A DNA stretch of 64,000 bases from Myxococcota bacterium. Lineage in GTDB: Bacteria; Myxococcota_A; UBA9160; JAFDDA01. The stretch's first letter is position 1, and every line of letters starts with the position of its first letter. This document shows positions 57,694 to 64,000 of this stretch, in pieces. Location of the stretch: NCBI GenBank assembly GCA_965228475.1, contig OZ245817.1, positions 1,088,001 to 1,152,000 on the forward strand. Direction: 5' to 3'. The position numbers and the translations under genes were made by a program. The notes under the pieces are model-generated. The model did not search any database and was not told the DNA's origin. It saw only the letters and a program-made list of their open reading frames with translations.

Positions 57694-58289
57694 GCGCTCG
57701 TTCCGATCTACTTCGGAGGGGCGTGCGCCTCGAAGTCCTCACGGTCTCCTGGAACGTCATCGAGGCGTTGATCGCCATCGGGGCAGGGTGGCTTGCTGGA
57801 AGCGTGGCTCTCATCAGTTTCGGCATCGATAGTGTCATCGAGACCATCGCTGCGTCCGCCCTCTATCGCCGGCTTCGGGCCGAGCTCCGGGGGGCGTCGG
57901 AGGAAGAAGCCGAAGAGCACGAGCGCCGCGCCTTGCGAATCGTCGGGGTGACGTTCTTCGCCCTTGCGCTCTACATCCTCTACGAGGCAGGTACCGCACT
58001 CTGGGCTCGGGAGGTCGCCGAGGTCAGTGCGGTGGGGATCGGTCTGGCAGCCCTTTCGCTGATCGTGATGCCGTTTCTCGCGTTCGCCAAGCTCAAGACC
58101 GGCCGTGCGCTAGGAAGTGCTGCGCTGGTGGCGGACGCCAAGGAGACGTTCGCTTGCTCGTATCTCTCGCTCGTACTCCTGCTGGGGCTTGGCGCCAACG
58201 CAGCCTATGGCGCCTGGTGGGCGGACTCCGTGGCGGCGCTGCTCATGGTCCCCTGGATCGTGCGAGAGGGCTTCGAGGCGTTCGAGTAG
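57690..58289 (+). CDS. Short cation-diffusion-facilitator-like transporter
   Basis: WNVIE, FGIDSVIE, ALVADAKET..C, WWAD. Confidence 0.8.
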   Translation: MSARSDLLRRGVRLEVLTVSWNVIEALIAIGAGWLAGSVALISFGIDSVIETIAASALYRRLRAELRGASEEEAEEHERRALRIVGVTFFALALYILYEAGTALWAREVAEVSAVGIGLAALSLIVMPFLAFAKLKTGRALGSAALVADAKETFACSYLSLVLLLGLGANAAYGAWWADSVAALLMVPWIVREGFEAFE

Positions 58290-58405
58290 GAATGAGCAGA
58301 ATGTGGTCGAGAAGGTTGACCGTGGGGTGAAAAGGCCGCGGCTCGATGTTGTGCGCTCAAGCGAGGCGTGTTAAACGCCGAGAGACCCCAGAAGGCCGGG
58401 AGTCG

Positions 58406-58813
58406 ATGACACGTAGATCCGGACATCGCCTGCTTCTCGCGACCGCGTTGCTCCATCTCTTCGCAGATGTGGCGTTCGCGGGTGGCGCGGTCTTCTGTGT
58501 CGGGTCTGATGATCACCGCGCCGTCGAACTTCAACATGCCTCGGTGGCTATCTGCCAGACGGCTGAAGCGTTCGACATGGCCGACGCCGCGACCGTGTTG
58601 GCTTCCGCCTCGGACTGCAAAGACAGTCCACTTCATTGCAGTCCCGAACTCGTCGGCTCGGCCGACGACGGCTCGGACATCGCACCGCTCGTCGTTGCCC
58701 TCTCTTCCCCGCTCTCGGTCCCTAGCCCTGGGCAGGCTCTCGAGGGTTTGGCCCGGACGCCGACCAGTCCGCCGGGCCTCCGGCTCCATCGAACGACCGT
58801 CCTCCTTCTCTGA
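58406..58813 (+). CDS. Hypothetical Cys/His-containing protein upstream of czcC
   Basis: Signal-like N-terminus, VFCVGSDDH..E..H, DCKDSPL, TTVLLL end. Confidence 0.5.
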   Translation: MTRRSGHRLLLATALLHLFADVAFAGGAVFCVGSDDHRAVELQHASVAICQTAEAFDMADAATVLASASDCKDSPLHCSPELVGSADDGSDIAPLVVALSSPLSVPSPGQALEGLARTPTSPPGLRLHRTTVLLL

Positions 58814-58923
58814 TTCGCTCTCCACGAATCCTCTGAGCTTCGCGGAAACGCGCTCGGCACGAGTGTGCCGTCTCTTGCGTCCCGCGAACGCTCGACGACC
58901 CCTTTTCTCGTGGAGTAACGAAC

Positions 58924-60309
58924 GTGAAGAGTATCTCGACGTGCCAAAGTTCCTGGCGACAGCCGCTATGGCTCGCGGCGCTAGCGACAGTGACGCAGGC
59001 GTGCGCTGGCCAACTTCCCGGCCTGCCTCCCACCAGCCCGCTGGGCCACGACATCGAAGCGATCTCTCCAGCGACGTTGGACGAGCCCCGAATGCGCGAG
59101 CCCTTCGAGGAGCCTGCGGGCTCTCTGACCCTTTCTGAAAGCCTCGCAGCCGCCCTTAGGGCTAGCCCGGCGCTGGAGTCCTTTGCCTGGCGTGTTCGTG
59201 CCGACGAGGCACGGGCGCTGCAAGCTGGCTTGCTTCCGAACCCCGCTGTCGCGATCGAAGGTGAGAACTTCGCCGGGAGCGGGGACTTCCGAGGCTACGA
59301 CGCCGCAGAGACCACGGTCTCCCTCGGCCAGCTCGTGGAGCTGGGCGGGAAACGGGCGAAGCGACGCCGGGTCGCGATGCTCGAGCGCGAGCTTTCGGGC
59401 TGGGACTACGAAGCCACCCGGTTGGATGTTCTGACACGGACGACCCAGAGGTTCGTCGCCGTGTTGGCCAGTCAACAGCGGCTCCAGCTCGCCGCCGATC
59501 TTTTGGCTCTCGCCACCGAGTCACTCGACGCCACCCGAGCGCGTGTTCGCGCTGGAGCCGCCTCCGCCGTGGAGCAGGCAAGATCCACCGTCGAGCTGGC
59601 GACCCTCGAAGTCGTACTCGACCGACGGAGGGCAGAGCTCGAAGCGGCAAGGCGACAACTCGCGTCGAGTTGGGGTGTCACAGAGCCCGGGTTTCGTGAC
59701 GTCCAGGGCGACCTCTACGAGCTTCGGGAGCTTCCCAGCCTGGAGAGGATCGCAAGGGCCTTGGCTCAGAACCCGGATCTTGCTCGGTGGGTGACGGAGA
59801 ACGACCGCCGTCACGCTGAGTTCGACCTCGCCCGAGCCATGGCAATCCCAGACGTCACCGCCGGCTTGGGTGTTCGACGCCTCCAAGAATCCGATGACAC
59901 CGCTCTGCTGTTCGGCCTGGAGATTCCCATTCCGCTGTTCGATCGGAACCAAGGTGCCACCGCTGCCGCCCTGGCCGAGGTCAGTCGGACGCGTGCCCTG
60001 GGGCGTGCTCGACAGCTCGAAGTGAGCCGTGCCCTCATCGCCGCCCATGCCGAGGCCTCCAGCAGCCACGCACAAGCTCGATCTCTTCGGGACGACGTGC
60101 TTCCACAGGCGGAGGCTGCCTACGAAGGCACGAGAGACGGCTACCGACGAGGCCTCTTCCGGTACGTAGACGTCCTGGACGCGCAGCGCACGCTCTTCGA
60201 AGCGAAGGGCGAATACGTGGACGCCCTCGCGCGGTATCACGCGGCGACGGCTGAGGTCGAACGTCTCGTTGGCGAGCCAATGGAAAGCCTCATCCAGGGG
60301 AAGAACTGA
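58924..60309 (+). CDS. czcC: CzcC/TolC-family outer-membrane factor
   Basis: QAGLLPNP, ELGGKR, PLFDRNQG, VLDAQRTL. Confidence 0.88.
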   Translation: MKSISTCQSSWRQPLWLAALATVTQACAGQLPGLPPTSPLGHDIEAISPATLDEPRMREPFEEPAGSLTLSESLAAALRASPALESFAWRVRADEARALQAGLLPNPAVAIEGENFAGSGDFRGYDAAETTVSLGQLVELGGKRAKRRRVAMLERELSGWDYEATRLDVLTRTTQRFVAVLASQQRLQLAADLLALATESLDATRARVRAGAASAVEQARSTVELATLEVVLDRRRAELEAARRQLASSWGVTEPGFRDVQGDLYELRELPSLERIARALAQNPDLARWVTENDRRHAEFDLARAMAIPDVTAGLGVRRLQESDDTALLFGLEIPIPLFDRNQGATAAALAEVSRTRALGRARQLEVSRALIAAHAEASSSHAQARSLRDDVLPQAEAAYEGTRDGYRRGLFRYVDVLDAQRTLFEAKGEYVDALARYHAATAEVERLVGEPMESLIQGKN

Positions 60310-60310
60310 A

Positions 60311-61255
60311 ATGAAGACTCAATCTCTCCGTTCGATGCTTCTGCTCGTCCTCGCTCTATCCCTCGGCGGTGCCTGTGTCAAAGAAGAAGCCGAGCCGACT
60401 CAGGCCCAAGAGGAGCACGACGGCGGCCATGAAGGTGAGCTCGTCCTCTCTGAGAGGGAGCTCCAGGAGTTTGGCATCGAGATCTCCGTCGCTGAGCCTG
60501 GGCGGATCGCGACTACGGTTGAACTCCCTGGTGAGATTCGGCCCAACGCGGAACGAATCGCCCACATCGCACCGCGCTTTCCAGGAATCGTGAAATCCGT
60601 CGAGAAAGCGGTGGGCGATCGCGTGAATCGCGGCGACCGCCTCGCTTCGATCGAGAGCAGTGAAAGCCTCTCGACCTACACCGTCACGTCGCTTCTCGAA
60701 GGCGTCGTGATCGGGAGGCACGTCTCAGTCGGCGAGTCCGTTGCCACGGATCAGGATCTCTTCGTCGTCGCCGATCTCTCCACCGTCTGGGTGGACTTTC
60801 AAGCGTTCCAGAAGCACCTGCCTCTCCTGAAGATTGGCCAGCAGGTGCATATCTCCGCTGGTCATGGTCTGCCGGAAACCGAGGCGCTCGTCAGCTACAT
60901 CGCGCCAGTCGTCGATGAGGCGACCCGAACGGCTGCCGTCCGGGCCATCTTGGAAAACGCAACCGGCCACTGGCGCCCCGGATTGTTCGTCACTGGCCGG
61001 GTCGAGACCGAGAGCACCGACGTCCCCGTAGCGGTTCCCAAGGAAGCGATTCAGACGATCGGAGACGTGCCCGTCGTCTTCGTGAAAGACGACGACGGTT
61101 TCGCTCCGCGGCCGGTCCACGTCGGCCGTACGGATCCCCATTTCGTCGAGATCACCCGAGGCCTCGAAGCGGGTGAGGCTTTCGTGTCCGCGGGCGGATT
61201 CACGCTGAAGGCTGAGATGCAACGCGGTGAGCTTGGGGAAGGGCACGGTCACTAA
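60311..61255 (+). CDS. czcB: CzcB/CusB-family adaptor
   Basis: GD.V..GD.L, VADLSTVWV, WRPGLFV, C-terminal GEGHGH. Confidence 0.88.
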   Translation: MKTQSLRSMLLLVLALSLGGACVKEEAEPTQAQEEHDGGHEGELVLSERELQEFGIEISVAEPGRIATTVELPGEIRPNAERIAHIAPRFPGIVKSVEKAVGDRVNRGDRLASIESSESLSTYTVTSLLEGVVIGRHVSVGESVATDQDLFVVADLSTVWVDFQAFQKHLPLLKIGQQVHISAGHGLPETEALVSYIAPVVDEATRTAAVRAILENATGHWRPGLFVTGRVETESTDVPVAVPKEAIQTIGDVPVVFVKDDDGFAPRPVHVGRTDPHFVEITRGLEAGEAFVSAGGFTLKAEMQRGELGEGHGH

Positions 61256-61257
61256 CC

Positions 61258-64000
61258 ATGCATGCCATGATTCGGTTCGCACTCGAGAATCGCCTGCTTG
61301 GTTTCGCGCTGGGGTTGCTCATCGCCGCCGCCGGCGTGCAGGGCTATCGAGCGCTGCCCGTCGATGCCTTCCCCGACGTCTCCCCGAATCTCGTGCAGGT
61401 CTTCACGACCACCGAAGGCCTGTCGCCGGAGGACGTCGAGAAGTACGTGACATACCCGGTGGAGGCCGCGATGAACGGCTTGCCTGGGCTGGAGAGGATC
61501 CGGTCGGTCTCCAACTTCGGGCTCTCCGTGGTCAATGTCTACTTCCAGGATGACGTAGACATCTATTTCGCGCGCCAGCTCGTTGGCGAACGCCTCCAGG
61601 AAGCACGAGAGCAGATTCCAGAAGGATTCGGCGAGCCCGAGATGGGGCCGATCTCGACCGGCATGGGCCTCGTCCTCTTCTACTACCTCGCCGACGAGAG
61701 CGGTCAGTACACGCTCGAACAGCTTCGAACCATTCAGGACTGGATCGTCAAGTTCCAGCTACAGACGGTTCCCGGTGTTACGGAAGTCCTCGGTATTGGC
61801 GGACACGAGAAGCAGTTTCATGTCTCTGTCCATCCGGAGAACCTTCTCCGTTACGACCTGACGATTGGCGACGTCATCGATCGGATCCGCGAGAACAACC
61901 TCAATGTCGGCGCGCAGTTCATCGAGCGGAACGCCGAGGAGTACGTCGTTCGCTCCGAAGGCCTCGCGACGAACCTCAGGGATCTCGAACACATCGTCCT
62001 GAAGTCGAAGGACGGAACGCCGGTCTTCCTCGGCCAGGTGGCAGACATCAACGTCGGAGGAGCCCTGCGGCGTGGCCTCCAGACCCGAAACGGCACCGAA
62101 GAAGTGGTGGCCGGAATGGTCATCAAACTGTTCGGTACGAACGCTTCGACTGTGATCGAGCGCGTCGAGGAGAAGATTGCCTCCATCAACGACGCACTCC
62201 CTCCGGGCGTTCGAATCGTTCCGTACTACGAACAGAAGACCCTCGTGCAGGCGTCCGTCTGGACGGTCCAGAGCGCACTCATCCAGGGCATCGTCCTCGT
62301 CTCTCTCGTAATCGTGGTCTTCCTGGGAGCCCTCCGTCCAAGCGTCGTGGTGGCACTCTCCATTCCCTTCTCCGTCCTCTTCGCGACGCTCGGCATGGGC
62401 CGGTTCGGAATCTCAGCAAATCTTATGTCCCTGGGTGGTCTAGCGATCGCGATCGGGATGATGGTTGACGGTACGATCGTTCTCGTCGAGAATGTCGATC
62501 GCCTCTTGCGCGAACGCGGCGACCAGGCGTCACGGAAGGACGTTGTGTTGCAGGCATGCGCCGAAGTGGCGCGGCCGATCGCTTTCGCAATCTCCATTAT
62601 CATCATCGTGTTCCTCCCGCTCTTCGCGCTCCAGGGCGTGGAGGGAAAGACGTTCCGGCCGCTCGCGTACACGGTCGCGCTCGCCATGGGAGGTTCCCTG
62701 GCGTTCGCCTTGACGCTCGCACCCATGCTGGCCCTGACAGTCATGCGAGCACCGAGAAGTCAGGGCAGCAGGGTCGATCGGATGCAGTTCGCGCTCCGAG
62801 TCTACCGGCCCATCGTCGCTCGCTTCGTGCGACACCGACCGTTGGCCGTCTCGGTGGCGGCTGGATTGTTGGCCGTTGGCGTCGCGGTCGTCCCGTTTCT
62901 AGGTTCGGAGTTCACGCCGCGACTCCAGGAAGGAACGCTCGTCCTGCGGCTGACGATGCCACCGTCGATTTCCCTGGCCGAGAGCAAGCGGGTCACCATG
63001 ATCGTCGAGCGCCGCCTCATGGGCGTCGAAGAGGTGACGGGCGTCGTCACTCGAATCGGACGTGGCGAGGTGGGTGCACATGCGGACCCTGTAAACAGTG
63101 CGGAGATGTACATCCTTCTTGGCCCGCGGGAGTCGTGGAGCGTCGGTTCTCAGGAAGAGCTCGAGGAAGTGATCCGCGAGGGCATTGGTCGTGTCCCGGG
63201 TGTGCTCACGAACTTCACCCAGCCGATCGCCATGACGATCGACGAACTCCTCGAAGGCGTTCGGGCGGAACTGGCGATCAAGCTCTATGGGGATGACCTC
63301 GACGCGCTAGCCGAGAAAGCCCAAGAGGTTGCTCAGGTGGTGAGCAAGGTTCGGGGTGCCGCAGACGTCCAGGTCGACCAGGTATCCGGCACGCCACAAC
63401 TCGTCCTCCGCGTCGACCGCCATGCGGTCGCTCGTTACGGCATGAACGTCGAGGACGTACAACAAACCATTCGGGCCGCCGTGGGTGGCGAGGTGGCCGG
63501 GCAGATCTTCGAGGGTGTTCGCCGCTTCGACATCTTCGTTCGCTTCGCGCCCGAGTACCGTTCGACGTCCGAGGCGATCGGAAACATCCTGGTTGCTGGC
63601 CCAGACGACATCCGAGCGCCACTGTCCGAGCTGGCAGCGATCGACGAACGCGTAGGGCCGCGGCAGATCACTCGGGAGGACAACCAGCGCTTCATCACGA
63701 TTCAATGCAACGTCTTGGATCGCGACATCGGCACGTTCGTCGAAGAGGCGCAGGCCGCAATCGATGAGAGCGTGAGACTGCCTGCGGGGTACTTCCTGAC
63801 CTGGGGAGGCCAGTTCCGCCTGCAACAGGAGGCCAACCGCAGGCTTGCCGTGGTCGTTCCGATCACGCTGATCGTCATCTTCGTTCTGCTGTTCTCGAGC
63901 TTCAACTCGCTACGGAATGCATCGCTCATCGTCCTCAACATTCCTCTCGCGTTGGTGGGCGGTGTCGTCGCGCTGTGGATCTCGGGACAGAACCTTTCAG
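61258..64000 (+). CDS. czcA: CzcA/CusA heavy-metal RND pump, runs off the window
   Basis: Read directly from DNA (absent from the ORF track): LPVDAFPDVSPN, NLMSLGGLAIAIGMMVDG, GVEGKTFRPLA. Confidence 0.9.
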   Translation, partial: MHAMIRFALENRLLGFALGLLIAAAGVQGYRALPVDAFPDVSPNLVQVFTTTEGLSPEDVEKYVTYPVEAAMNGLPGLERIRSVSNFGLSVVNVYFQDDVDIYFARQLVGERLQEAREQIPEGFGEPEMGPISTGMGLVLFYYLADESGQYTLEQLRTIQDWIVKFQLQTVPGVTEVLGIGGHEKQFHVSVHPENLLRYDLTIGDVIDRIRENNLNVGAQFIERNAEEYVVRSEGLATNLRDLEHIVLKSKDGTPVFLGQVADINVGGALRRGLQTRNGTEEVVAGMVIKLFGTNASTVIERVEEKIASINDALPPGVRIVPYYEQKTLVQASVWTVQSALIQGIVLVSLVIVVFLGALRPSVVVALSIPFSVLFATLGMGRFGISANLMSLGGLAIAIGMMVDGTIVLVENVDRLLRERGDQASRKDVVLQACAEVARPIAFAISIIIIVFLPLFALQGVEGKTFRPLAYTVALAMGGSLAFALTLAPMLALTVMRAPRSQGSRVDRMQFALRVYRPIVARFVRHRPLAVSVAAGLLAVGVAVVPFLGSEFTPRLQEGTLVLRLTMPPSISLAESKRVTMIVERRLMGVEEVTGVVTRIGRGEVGAHADPVNSAEMYILLGPRESWSVGSQEELEEVIREGIGRVPGVLTNFTQPIAMTIDELLEGVRAELAIKLYGDDLDALAEKAQEVAQVVSKVRGAADVQVDQVSGTPQLVLRVDRHAVARYGMNVEDVQQTIRAAVGGEVAGQIFEGVRRFDIFVRFAPEYRSTSEAIGNILVAGPDDIRAPLSELAAIDERVGPRQITREDNQRFITIQCNVLDRDIGTFVEEAQAAIDESVRLPAGYFLTWGGQFRLQQEANRRLAVVVPITLIVIFVLLFSSFNSLRNASLIVLNIPLALVGGVVALWISGQNLS

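Noticed and set aside
1..64000. CRISPR array, tRNA/rRNA, IS transposase, integrase or att site
   Set aside because: None recognised by eye; short att sites or ncRNAs could have been missed

Overview
High-GC bacterial DNA, mostly part of a conjugative element with a P-type (Trb) T4SS related to Tn4371/IncP backbones. No integrase, replicase, partition genes or ends are visible, so ICE versus plasmid is undecided. In order: a small metal-response locus (DUF411, thioredoxin-like, MerC-like, MerR); a coupled five-gene operon (MMPL exporter, membrane histidine kinase, sigma-54 activator, LolA-like protein, BtaA/DUF3419-like SAM enzyme); an interrupted RES gene and a HEPN-motif gene; trbBCDEJLFGI plus DUF2274; a TetR-flanked oxidative cluster (four P450s, a P450 remnant, a ferritin-like pair, an MBL hydrolase, RND efflux, a thioesterase); two radC copies bracketing helicase cargo; YaaC and ArdC; the HTH-traF-relaxase-traG-RHH operon with a candidate oriT; and an ArsR/CDF/CzcCBA locus running off the end. 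The main signals are matching sigma-54 promoters before both conjugation operons, a nearby candidate lipid-signal synthesis/export/sensing operon, and a four-copy structured leader before establishment-type genes. All calls come from motif reading by eye; no searches were run.
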